Part shown: positions 18,952-27,772 of the stretch, in pieces
Numbering within the stretch: the first letter of the stretch is position 1
Layout: each line of letters starts with the position of its first letter
IMG/VR virus record: IMGVR_UViG_3300017527_000160
Span: 1 to 64,000 of that record
Length of the DNA: 64,000 nucleotides
Source of the DNA: a virus
Strand: one strand, 5' to 3'
Position numbers and translations under genes: made by a program
Notes under the pieces: model-generated
Database searches by the model: none
Seen by the model: only the letters and a program-made list of their open reading frames with translations
Told to the model about the DNA's origin: nothing

Positions 18952-19080
18952 ATGAATTGTCCAAATTGTAAAACGAGATTAACATGCGGGTGCCAGAAGA
19001 GAAAAGCTAAAGACGGTACTGCTTGTTGTCAATCATGTTTAGCACAGGTAGAAGCGAAAGCTGCTGCAACTAAAAAATAA
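18952..19080 (+). CDS. 42-aa Cys-rich peptide (not in ORF track)
   Basis: MNCPNCKTRLTCGCQKRKAKDGTACCQSCLAQVEAKAAATKK*; fills the gap exactly and carries the conserved leader motif. Confidence 0.75.
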   Translation: MNCPNCKTRLTCGCQKRKAKDGTACCQSCLAQVEAKAAATKK

Positions 19081-19085
19081 ATACT

Positions 19086-21269
19086 ATGGCTCATAGCTTA
19101 ACCATCACATCTACTTCGTTTCCGGACGGAGGTTTGATTCCAGTATCACATAAGAATGCTACATCGTGTGGTGAAGCGAACATCAGCCCTCAATTATCCT
19201 GGACTACAGGAGGTGATCTGCTACCCAGTATGGTAGAAAAGTATGAGATGGGTGTATGGGATCCTAATTCAGGAAACTTCCTTCATTGGCGCGTGGAAGG
19301 CATAGACCCTACTCAATTATCTATCGCAGAAAATGGTGCTTGGATAGGCACACCTATAATCACTCCGTCAGGATGGGGGACAGGTGATGCTGCTAACGGT
19401 TGGAACGGACCGTGTGCTCAGAGTTCGGGTGCTAATGTTTATAATATCCAGGTGAGAGCTTATATCTTACCTGAGTATCAAGACTTTCTCAAGGACGCTA
19501 CTGCAAAACATGGTGTAGAAACAGTTGAGTCACCTATATATACTTTTATAGATAATAATATTAACGTATCTCCACCGCCTACAATAGCTGATTGTGATCA
19601 ACTAGGATGTGATCCAGGTTCAGAACTTGTGGATGAGAAGTGTCAGACCATAACTTCAATACCAGTTACTATAGGTGCTACTGTATATACTGCTGCTGCA
19701 GGAGATACTAGTCTTGATTACGGTAAGAGTGGTACACGATTCTACGAAGATGCTGATGCTTATATCTTTCCTCTTAATGGTGATGATGCTACATCTGAAC
19801 TTTTTGATAATGATGGTGCGGGTATAATATTACCCTATACTGTAATCAATACAGACTTACCACCTTGGGATCACGCTGGAGTTTCACTACTTGAAGGGCG
19901 ATTGAATATTGCAGGACTCTGGACTACTGAGCCTGGTATAGGTATGCCAACCAATGAATGGATTGGTTTTAGTACATGTATCACAGTGCCTTCAACAGGT
20001 AAATACTCTATAGGTCTTGGTGCTGATAATAGAATGAGATTTAGTTTGAATGGTGTATTGATTGCACACTTCGATACTACTATCGATAAGAACCATAAGT
20101 ACTGGCATGTTATTGAGATGAACCTCAACGAAGGTCTTAACATCATAGAGATGGAAGGATACAATAGTGGTAGTAATGCTGCCTTTGGTGCTGAAATTTA
20201 TAATACGGATATTGCTACACTAAAGCTTTTAGCTTCAGAAGCAGCTTTAGAACCATATATAGAATGGTCAACTAGAGATAGAATCGGGAACGACTTCAAT
20301 GTAGGTGAGGTTTCAGGATATACTTGTCCAGAAGGAACTGCATACGATAGTTGTGCAGGTGGTCAATGTACTTCGATAACTTATAGCGATCCTACTGCTC
20401 AAGCTTGCTGTTGGTTAATAGAGAATTGCAAAGATCCTGAAGAAACATATCTTATACATATGGATGCAGGAGAGACTGAGGTTATATATAACCAATCAGT
20501 ATATGCCTTTGGTGGACACGCAATCTTATTAAATAAGTGCTTCACAGTAATTGAATTAGCACTATGTCCGATACCTGATCTAGCAGATGTAACAGTTACT
20601 GCAACACATGGTGTTGATAATTGTATGGCATGTGATCCATCGATTAAATTAGAATCATGTTTGAATCCAGGAGAGTTTACATATGTTTCAATGGATGGTG
20701 ATCTTATTCTAATTGAAGGTAACATATATGAACTTGATCAGTTAGAAGGATGTCAAATATATGTAGGAACAGATTCAGAACATCCTCCTAGTAAAACTGA
20801 TGTTATTGTTGTTACTGATTATGAAGCAGATGACTGCTTAGTTTGTATACCATGTTATGAGTTTAGAAACTGTGACACGGGTGTTGCAATCACTGTAAGA
20901 TTCGCAGAGGGTTTCTCTCCTAATGAAGATGATTTCTTTGTGTATGGATTAGCAGGAGACCCTGCTTTAGAAGACATATGCTGGCAACTTGCTGGTGAGG
21001 CTTCTTGTCCTGGTCTAGCTGATTACGAAGATGTTACTATTGTGAAAGACTATGAGTGTGCCAACTGTGAGACTTGCATACCTTACTATAAATTAACGAA
21101 TTGTATAGATCCAGAGGACATCATGTTCATCCAGTGGGGGAAACTAGCACCACCTTTAACACCAGGTACTGCTTATATATTTGACTTTACACCTAATCCT
21201 GATGAATGTTATACGGCAGAGCTGCAGTTTGGTCTTTGTCCTGATTCTGAATTGATACCTATACCTTAA
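19086..21269 (+). CDS. Virion protein: YbhB/YbcL (PEBP)-like domain, PA14-like domain and Cys-rich repeats
   Basis: LTITSTSFPDGGLIP..NISPQLSW..WDP..FLHW..NGPC (PEBP); ITVPSTGKYSIGLGADN..LNG (PA14-like); repeated CxxC/NC units. Confidence 0.7.
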   Translation: MAHSLTITSTSFPDGGLIPVSHKNATSCGEANISPQLSWTTGGDLLPSMVEKYEMGVWDPNSGNFLHWRVEGIDPTQLSIAENGAWIGTPIITPSGWGTGDAANGWNGPCAQSSGANVYNIQVRAYILPEYQDFLKDATAKHGVETVESPIYTFIDNNINVSPPPTIADCDQLGCDPGSELVDEKCQTITSIPVTIGATVYTAAAGDTSLDYGKSGTRFYEDADAYIFPLNGDDATSELFDNDGAGIILPYTVINTDLPPWDHAGVSLLEGRLNIAGLWTTEPGIGMPTNEWIGFSTCITVPSTGKYSIGLGADNRMRFSLNGVLIAHFDTTIDKNHKYWHVIEMNLNEGLNIIEMEGYNSGSNAAFGAEIYNTDIATLKLLASEAALEPYIEWSTRDRIGNDFNVGEVSGYTCPEGTAYDSCAGGQCTSITYSDPTAQACCWLIENCKDPEETYLIHMDAGETEVIYNQSVYAFGGHAILLNKCFTVIELALCPIPDLADVTVTATHGVDNCMACDPSIKLESCLNPGEFTYVSMDGDLILIEGNIYELDQLEGCQIYVGTDSEHPPSKTDVIVVTDYEADDCLVCIPCYEFRNCDTGVAITVRFAEGFSPNEDDFFVYGLAGDPALEDICWQLAGEASCPGLADYEDVTIVKDYECANCETCIPYYKLTNCIDPEDIMFIQWGKLAPPLTPGTAYIFDFTPNPDECYTAELQFGLCPDSELIPIP

Positions 21270-21279
21270 AAATACTAGT

Positions 21280-21684
21280 ATGATATACGATGAAACTAAT
21301 ATAACAGATGAGTACGTTGACTGTCCTGCATGTAATGCAGTTTGCTACAAACTCATTGATTGTATAAATGAAGCGCACCATGTTACTGTCTCTACAAGTA
21401 ATCCTGCTTTTGCAATATACGTAGGTAAAGTTATCAAATGGATTGATGAAGCAGATGCTCCTGATTTTGTAGAGCACTGTGCTACAGTAGAAGTATATGT
21501 TTGTCGTAAAGAAACTTTACCTACTCCTGACATAACAGTTATAGATTGTTATGACACTTGTGAAGAATGTCTATATGTAGAACCGGAACCAGTGGAACCA
21601 CCTATAGTAACTGGTAGAAAAGTATTACCTGGATATGATGTAGCTGATTGTGTAACCCCTTCTAAATGCGATGATTGTGAGTAA
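21280..21684 (+). CDS. Cys-rich protein continuing the repeat of the upstream gene
   Basis: DCPACNAVCYKLIDC...DCYDTCEEC matches the repeat unit of 19086-21269. Confidence 0.75.
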   Translation: MIYDETNITDEYVDCPACNAVCYKLIDCINEAHHVTVSTSNPAFAIYVGKVIKWIDEADAPDFVEHCATVEVYVCRKETLPTPDITVIDCYDTCEECLYVEPEPVEPPIVTGRKVLPGYDVADCVTPSKCDDCE

Positions 21685-22135
21685 CTTTGAACAAATACAA
21701 TATCACGACAAGGTTGTCTGTGATTTTGCTGAGATGATGTATAAGAAGATGGCTTCTATACGATATGGTGTTAAATTCTGCTGTGATAAAGGTGCTGAGG
21801 CTAGTGCCTTTCGTCAAACACTAATCAAGAAAGAAGCTTTGGATCTGAATGCTATATTTAATCCTGTTATAAATAATGTAGTGCAAGGAACAGGCGGTGT
21901 ACGAATTTCTGGACCATGTAGTCAAATAGCTGTTGACTCAGGTCGAGGTGGTGGTATTATAACATATACACCTTGTGGAAGCTTTACTCCTGCGCAAATA
22001 TTATTTCCTAAAAACTACAGTGGACCTATTGAAACAATCTGTTATGAGGTTAATATTGGCTATGTAGTATCAGAACTTCCTGGTGAAGATGAACATGAGT
22101 TATCTGTTGCCTTAGAAGGTGATTGTGTAGTGTAG
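21671..22135 (+). CDS. Cys-containing tail-region protein
   Basis: 154-aa ORF with RYGVKFCC motif; start uncertain. Confidence 0.65.
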   Translation: MIVSNFEQIQYHDKVVCDFAEMMYKKMASIRYGVKFCCDKGAEASAFRQTLIKKEALDLNAIFNPVINNVVQGTGGVRISGPCSQIAVDSGRGGGIITYTPCGSFTPAQILFPKNYSGPIETICYEVNIGYVVSELPGEDEHELSVALEGDCVV

Positions 22136-22159
22136 GCCATGGTAATCCTTGCACATAAT

Positions 22160-22189
22160 ATTGGTTAGATGAATAAAAATTTGTATATT
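22160..22189 (+). promoter_or_regulatory. Putative phage promoter (TTG-N20-TATATT)
   Basis: TTGGTT at 22161 and TATATT at 22184-22189. Confidence 0.55.
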
Positions 22190-22207
22190 ATATAATAAGA
22201 TTTTAGT

Positions 22208-23752
22208 ATGAAACCTACAAACTCAAAAGAAAATGGCTGCGACCCGATCTCTAGTAACTGTGTAATATGGCAGGGACCAGACATTGATTGCATCAGTCTT
22301 TGCAAAGGAGACAGTGTTAGCACAGTGGTTAACGCATTAGCTGAAGAGCTTTGCAAACTAATGGAAATGTTCAACATTGATAACTTTGACTTATCATGTA
22401 TGAATCTTGCGGAGTGTACTCCAAAGGATTTTGTAGCACTCATCAATTTACTTATTGAAAAGATCTGTGAAGACAATGCCATTCCTACCGAAGGAGAGGT
22501 TTCTGGCGGATGTCCTGATTGTGTTGTTAACATATGTGAACTATTTCATTATCAAAATCCTCAAGGAGATACTGTTACCACTATGCAACTACAAGACTAT
22601 GTTCTTGCAATAGGGAATAGAGTGTGTACAATCGCAGGACAAATAGGAACAATCAATACTACCTTAGCTGGACATAACGTTAGAATAACAGCTTTAGAAG
22701 AAGCAGGTGACCCTACGTTTGAGTTACCTATGCTTACACCAGTATGTGTATTACCAGCAGTACCTGCTACCATGGATTTAGTATTAGCTGAAGTTGAGGC
22801 ACAGTTTTGTGCACTTAGAACAGCTACTGGAAATACTACAGCAATAACAGTAGCACTACAAGCTGCTTGTCTCGGGTTAAACGACGCGGACAAATTGCAA
22901 GGGACTGGTCTAATGAAAAATATACCAGGGTGGAATAACCCTGTAACTAACTTATCTGAATCTATAACTAACTTATGGCTCACAGTATGTGACATGAGAA
23001 ACGCAATAACGTTCATTCAAAATAACTGTTGTGATACAGGTTGCTCTGCAATTGATTTGATTATAACAGCTACATTGAATAGCCCTACAGAATTAAGACT
23101 TGACTTCTCCGGAAGCATACCTGCTAATTATCAGGATCAAGGTATAGGATCTACTATAGAAATCACTGAAACTTATGGTGGAGGTGGACCACAAACACTT
23201 AGTGGGCAGATGATCAAAGCTGCATTCGATTCAGTTCAACCTATAATAATAACACTTTCTGGTATCAATGGTGCTTTAGATCTGACTATTAAAACAACAT
23301 ACAGATTTACGGATCCTGTGTTAGAAACACTATGTGAGAACTTGATACAATCATCTGCATTAGGTACAGACACTTGTCCTGACTTAATATTTCTTTCAGA
23401 CTACGCTGCTATCAACTACGGATTTACGTGGAACGGAACTCTTCCTACGACGCTTGTTGCTGAAATATGGAATGATTCTCAAACAATATTATTACAGTCT
23501 AATGTATTAAGTGTAACTACACCATCACCTACATTTGACTTCTTCAACTTAACTCCAGGAACTACTTATAAAGTGAGACTGGTTATAGGAGGAGTACCAT
23601 GTGAATTTGAAACGATTGACACTTTATCGTATGTATGTATACCAGTAGGTGTATTAGCAACAACATTTGACTATATAACTTCTCCTGAAGGAACTACAGA
23701 CGGAACAACAATAACAGGATGGCAAGCCGTATATGATGCCGCTCATCCATAA
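22208..23752 (+). CDS. Cys-rich tail fibre-like protein with coiled coil and FN3-like domain
   Basis: SSNCVIWQGPDI.C N-terminus, HNVRITALE coiled-coil motif, FNLTPGTTYKVRL FN3 signature. Confidence 0.65.
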   Translation: MKPTNSKENGCDPISSNCVIWQGPDIDCISLCKGDSVSTVVNALAEELCKLMEMFNIDNFDLSCMNLAECTPKDFVALINLLIEKICEDNAIPTEGEVSGGCPDCVVNICELFHYQNPQGDTVTTMQLQDYVLAIGNRVCTIAGQIGTINTTLAGHNVRITALEEAGDPTFELPMLTPVCVLPAVPATMDLVLAEVEAQFCALRTATGNTTAITVALQAACLGLNDADKLQGTGLMKNIPGWNNPVTNLSESITNLWLTVCDMRNAITFIQNNCCDTGCSAIDLIITATLNSPTELRLDFSGSIPANYQDQGIGSTIEITETYGGGGPQTLSGQMIKAAFDSVQPIIITLSGINGALDLTIKTTYRFTDPVLETLCENLIQSSALGTDTCPDLIFLSDYAAINYGFTWNGTLPTTLVAEIWNDSQTILLQSNVLSVTTPSPTFDFFNLTPGTTYKVRLVIGGVPCEFETIDTLSYVCIPVGVLATTFDYITSPEGTTDGTTITGWQAVYDAAHP

Positions 23753-23763
23753 ACTAAAGAACA

Positions 23764-24294
23764 ATGGCTAAAGATTGCGGACATAACGTACCATGTGGAT
23801 GTGGTGACAAAGCACTAACTACTCCACCACCTTGTAATGCATCAGATGCATGTGAAGGAGAATCATGTGCAGAGTTATTTTCTGATGCATGTATAGTGCA
23901 TACAGGGAATACATTTAGAGTACCTGGTCCAAACGGAGAAGTAATAGTATATAACGGTGAAAGGCTCAGTGCAATCCTAGAGAAGCTTGTATTAGCAGCT
24001 CAAGGCTTTAAAAATGAAGATCCTGCTACGGGTCTTGTTGTTAAAACACAAACGGCTGACTCAGTTACAATCTCATTCTACGGTAGTGCTGTAGCATATG
24101 ATTGTGAAATAGAAGACTTAGATACAGCAGGAACGACTATTGTATCAGCAACGCAAGTTGCAACGACACCTCAACCTAAGTGGGAAGTTACTTTCACAGG
24201 ATTGGTATCGAATGCCTTAGACTATACACATAGCGTTACAATCACAGATCCTGCTACTGGAGCAGAGAGTGTGGTATTGCTTTTAAATATATAA
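23764..24294 (+). CDS. Cys-rich tail-associated protein
   Basis: CGHNVPCGC..C..C..C..SDACIVHTG resembles the N-terminus of the upstream protein. Confidence 0.7.
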   Translation: MAKDCGHNVPCGCGDKALTTPPPCNASDACEGESCAELFSDACIVHTGNTFRVPGPNGEVIVYNGERLSAILEKLVLAAQGFKNEDPATGLVVKTQTADSVTISFYGSAVAYDCEIEDLDTAGTTIVSATQVATTPQPKWEVTFTGLVSNALDYTHSVTITDPATGAESVVLLLNI

Positions 24295-24304
24295 ACCAAA
24301 CGAA

Positions 24305-25330
24305 ATGGCAAAATTTACAATAAACTTTACAGCTAACACTATAGGTAAGCACTTCGTAGGTTGGAGAACTTACAATGATATTGCTTTGCCTTTCCATAAT
24401 GTGGAGGTGGTTGACGTACTTGCTCCAGGAGCTCACGGTGCTGATATAGAAATAGACGGTAACGTATACTGTGCACATAGTGATATAGAATATACAGGAT
24501 ATATTGTTGCAGCATGTGAACTACAGGATCCGGATACTCTTGAGAATACAGGTATTCCTGATCCGTCAGATGATACAAACGCTAATGGTATTCCTGATGG
24601 TGCTTTCACTTGGGCTGAAACAATTTTAGAACAGACAGATCCTTGTATAGAGACAGACATCCTTTGTGAGTCTGTAGCAATCGATAGTCTTATTGTTGTT
24701 GACGATGGTACAAGTGGTTGTAGTTCAGGGACGTTCCCTTTAACTTTCACTGAAGTATCACCAGGTGATGAGATTATAGCAGCTACAGGAACAGTTACTT
24801 ATCTTGGTGGTGTAGTATCATCAACTAACATAACTGCAGGAGGTCAATATAAAGTTCCTCCAGTGGTAACAGCGTTAGGTGTTTCATGTAACAGTACTCC
24901 AGTATTTACTGCAGTAATGGTAGCTTCTTGTCCACCGTTGGACTTAACGCCATATGATTGCGCTTCACAAAATGACTTAACGGATACACCTATTTATACT
25001 ATAAACTATGGTGAGACCGTAACAATATGTGCTGATGATTCAACCCTTGGTGGTTTGTCTGATCAGTTTTTAGCTACAGCTGTAGGTAACTGCCACTGCC
25101 AAGATTGCGCAGGGGTGACTATAGATGCTTCAGGATCAGCGTCAGGTTCAGGTAAGGTCTCTTACCAAACTTGTTGGGATGGAAGTAACCTATTAGGTGA
25201 GGTGACTCTTGTGACGCAAGTAGTTGACTTCGGTAGCATAACTCAATTGGGATGCATCATCCCCGATACAATCGCTATAGATCAAGGAACATTAGATGTT
25301 GACTTCATAGTCACTTCTGGACCTTGCTAG
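24305..25330 (+). CDS. Acidic beta-rich Cys-containing virion protein
   Basis: 341 aa; ITAGGQYKVPPVVT motif seen in phage fibre/baseplate proteins. Confidence 0.65.
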   Translation: MAKFTINFTANTIGKHFVGWRTYNDIALPFHNVEVVDVLAPGAHGADIEIDGNVYCAHSDIEYTGYIVAACELQDPDTLENTGIPDPSDDTNANGIPDGAFTWAETILEQTDPCIETDILCESVAIDSLIVVDDGTSGCSSGTFPLTFTEVSPGDEIIAATGTVTYLGGVVSSTNITAGGQYKVPPVVTALGVSCNSTPVFTAVMVASCPPLDLTPYDCASQNDLTDTPIYTINYGETVTICADDSTLGGLSDQFLATAVGNCHCQDCAGVTIDASGSASGSGKVSYQTCWDGSNLLGEVTLVTQVVDFGSITQLGCIIPDTIAIDQGTLDVDFIVTSGPC

Positions 25331-25421
25331 GATTGTTTTGAAAGGTGTCATGGTTTGTTGGTTCTACTATGACTGACAACGGAGAAGCCCTTGATACTTG
25401 TTATCGAGGGCTTTTCTTTTT
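25331..25421 (+). ncRNA. Candidate small RNA or 3'-UTR RNA complementary to phage 5' leaders
   Basis: Hairpin GTCATGGT-[TTGTTGGTTCT]-ACTATGAC, then TGACAAC, then a terminator; complementary to TGTCAGTYA..AACCAAC leaders. Confidence 0.45.
25384..25421 (+). terminator. Intrinsic terminator
   Basis: GAAGCCCTTGATA / TATCGAGGGCTTT stem followed by TCTTTTT. Confidence 0.85.
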
Positions 25422-25472
25422 ATCTTGTGTTTATAAAGTTTTATCTTTACTGCTTTACACATCGAGTGTTTA

Positions 25473-25502
25473 TTTGCAAAACCGGTAAAATTTGCCTATA
25501 TT
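25473..25502 (+). promoter_or_regulatory. Putative phage promoter TTTG-N20-TATATT
   Basis: TTTG at 25473-25476 and TATATT at 25497-25502; ATG only 7 nt downstream. Confidence 0.6.
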
Positions 25503-25509
25503 ATATAGT

Positions 25510-26091
25510 ATGAAACCTGTCAAGAAACCTGATTTAAACGCACCTAGATTCCGAGAAAAAAGGATAAGTGTACTTACTTCTAATACGCTTAAAGCGTTCA
25601 AGAAGAAGTATCCTCAATATAGTGATGTAGAGTTAAAGAGGTTCAAAGAAATCATCATGACCTTCAATCAAAAGATTGTTGATGGCGTGATTGATAACAG
25701 GAATGGTGTTGAACTACCTGATGGCTTAGGTTGTATTTTTATGGGCTCATGTCCTAAACCTAAGAAAGAGAACATTGATTTCGCTAGGTCTATTGAGTTT
25801 GGACATAAGGCTACATACAGAAATTGGGATTCAGATAACAAGCTTCTGAAGATCTTTTATACGAACCATAATACTAAGTATCCGTTTCACAACAAACAGG
25901 TGTGGTCTTTCAAAGCTGTTAAGCAGTTTCGGAAAGCAGCATCTATAGCTTTCAGAGAGAACTACATGATGTATATCGAAGTAGATCCAACGGCTAAGAT
26001 CTCAGCAATGTTTGATCGTCACCGTAAGAAAGAATATATCAAGAACCTTAAACCTGTTGTACCGGACAACTACGATGAATTTAAAATGTAA
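25510..26091 (+). CDS. IHF/HU-like protein
   Basis: GVELPDGLGCIF motif in a basic protein; sits before tail tubular genes as in crAss-like phages. Confidence 0.6.
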   Translation: MKPVKKPDLNAPRFREKRISVLTSNTLKAFKKKYPQYSDVELKRFKEIIMTFNQKIVDGVIDNRNGVELPDGLGCIFMGSCPKPKKENIDFARSIEFGHKATYRNWDSDNKLLKIFYTNHNTKYPFHNKQVWSFKAVKQFRKAASIAFRENYMMYIEVDPTAKISAMFDRHRKKEYIKNLKPVVPDNYDEFKM

Positions 26092-26094
26092 GCA

Positions 26095-26772
26095 ATGGCA
26101 ACTACTGTAGGACTATCAATATCAAGAGTACGTAACGTACTGAAGGCAGTGAAAGAGGATCCGTTTATGACGGACCGTTTTCTATATAGCCTTATCATGA
26201 AGTATGCAAAGACTTTGATAAAGCGTGAATCCAAGATGGAAAACATCTACAAGCATAAGAGCTTGTTCAGAGAACTACCGTGTGTAGAACTTATTGACGT
26301 AGATAAAGTGGAAGCTTGCTGTACAGGTATAACTACGGGCTGTACTATAAAGAGAAGTAAACATAAACTTCCTGAATTGCTATCGATTGACTCAGGTCCT
26401 GTCATCAGATCTGTATCGACATTAGACTACTCGCAAGATGCTCTGGATACTTTGCCGACACTGTATACCAACATGACTAAGACATCGACCTTTAAATATA
26501 ACAAGCAGAATTACTACTGGTTTTCAGAAGGATATTTATTCATCCCTAATGTAGAATGGGAAGCGGTAAGAGTGGACGGGGTATTCGATGAAGACATCTC
26601 GGGTTCTTTATGTAATGTTGATCCAACGGAGTGCACTACAGAACAGGACAGAGAGTTAGCTATTCCGGAACACCTGTTCTCTGAGATAGAACAAATGGTT
26701 TTAAAAGAAGTATTAACTGCTGGACAGATTCCTTCGGATGGAGCTGATGACGGACAAAATATAATGAGATAA
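26095..26772 (+). CDS. Tail ring/tubular protein
   Basis: RSKHKLP, YYWFSEGYLF and IPEHL..IEQMV motifs; synteny. Confidence 0.6.
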   Translation: MATTVGLSISRVRNVLKAVKEDPFMTDRFLYSLIMKYAKTLIKRESKMENIYKHKSLFRELPCVELIDVDKVEACCTGITTGCTIKRSKHKLPELLSIDSGPVIRSVSTLDYSQDALDTLPTLYTNMTKTSTFKYNKQNYYWFSEGYLFIPNVEWEAVRVDGVFDEDISGSLCNVDPTECTTEQDRELAIPEHLFSEIEQMVLKEVLTAGQIPSDGADDGQNIMR

Positions 26773-27770
26773 TGAGTTTCAACTACACACTAAAATATAG
26801 AACTTTCGACTCGCTTATGGCGGATGTTGCAAGTGACTTTAAGAAGTACCAGCTTCAAGATCTTATCGATCCGCAGGATGTTATCAAGGTAGCTAAGCGT
26901 GTGAACTATGACTTAGGTTTACGTATACACAAAGTGAAACAAGTTGTACTTAACGTAGAGAAAGGTAAAGTTCGTATGCCTAATGATTTTTACATACTAG
27001 ACTTTGCTCTAAGTGTGGGTGACTACTCAGTCAAACAATATTTACCCCAAGGAACTAACGTACAAGAAACGATTGTAGGGAAAATAACTCCTGAATATCT
27101 GGAAGCTCCTCCTGAAGTAATTGACTTATGTGAAGTGCCGTTGGCTGAAGAACCATGTGATCCTTGTGATCCGTGTGCGCAATGTGGACAAGATACACAG
27201 TGCGAGCCATGCAATACCTGTTGTGCTAATCCCGACTCTTGCTCAATTAACTGTAGTGGAGAACTGGTTCAGTTAACACAAGTGTTAACATCTCAGACAA
27301 GACATTACAATAGAATAGAACCTTTGAGAATAACTCAGAATACAGAAGACATCAGTGATGACTGTCCTAACTTATATTGGGATAGTGTATTGACTGCGGT
27401 TATTAGAGACGGATGGTTATACACCAGCTTTGAGACTGGTAAAGTATACTTGAATTATCAGGGTCACCTTGAGGATGATGAAGGGAACCTACTTGTTCCT
27501 GATCATGATATGTTAAACGAGTACTATGAGTACGCAGTGAAGCAGCGTATCATTGAGAACTTGATTATGAATGATGAAGAAGTTAATCCTAACAAGATGC
27601 AATTGATTGAACAGAGGTTCAGAGTTGCTAGGGCCAATGCGACTTCCATTGTGAATACTCCAAACTTCGGAGAGTTAAAAGAATTATTTCAGGCTAATAG
27701 AAATGCACAGTACTCTAAGTACTATGACATGTTCGCGTCTTATCCAAGAATCTCAAGCAGAATTAGATAA
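26772..27770 (+). CDS. Tail tubular (ring) protein with a Cys-rich insertion
   Basis: MPNDF, GWLYTSFETGKVYLNY and DDEGNLLVPD motifs; directly before the stabilization protein. Confidence 0.7.
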   Translation: MSFNYTLKYRTFDSLMADVASDFKKYQLQDLIDPQDVIKVAKRVNYDLGLRIHKVKQVVLNVEKGKVRMPNDFYILDFALSVGDYSVKQYLPQGTNVQETIVGKITPEYLEAPPEVIDLCEVPLAEEPCDPCDPCAQCGQDTQCEPCNTCCANPDSCSINCSGELVQLTQVLTSQTRHYNRIEPLRITQNTEDISDDCPNLYWDSVLTAVIRDGWLYTSFETGKVYLNYQGHLEDDEGNLLVPDHDMLNEYYEYAVKQRIIENLIMNDEEVNPNKMQLIEQRFRVARANATSIVNTPNFGELKELFQANRNAQYSKYYDMFASYPRISSRIR

Positions 27771-27772
27771 TT

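Noticed and set aside
19086-25330. Diversity-generating retroelement target or template repeats in fibre genes
   Set aside because: No reverse transcriptase in the window and no near-identical adenine-variant repeat pair noticed by eye.
2242-25509. Upstream starts in the ORF track (2242, 2561, 4243, 18322, 25492)
   Set aside because: They fall in promoters, terminators or the previous gene; downstream ATGs fit the leader context better.
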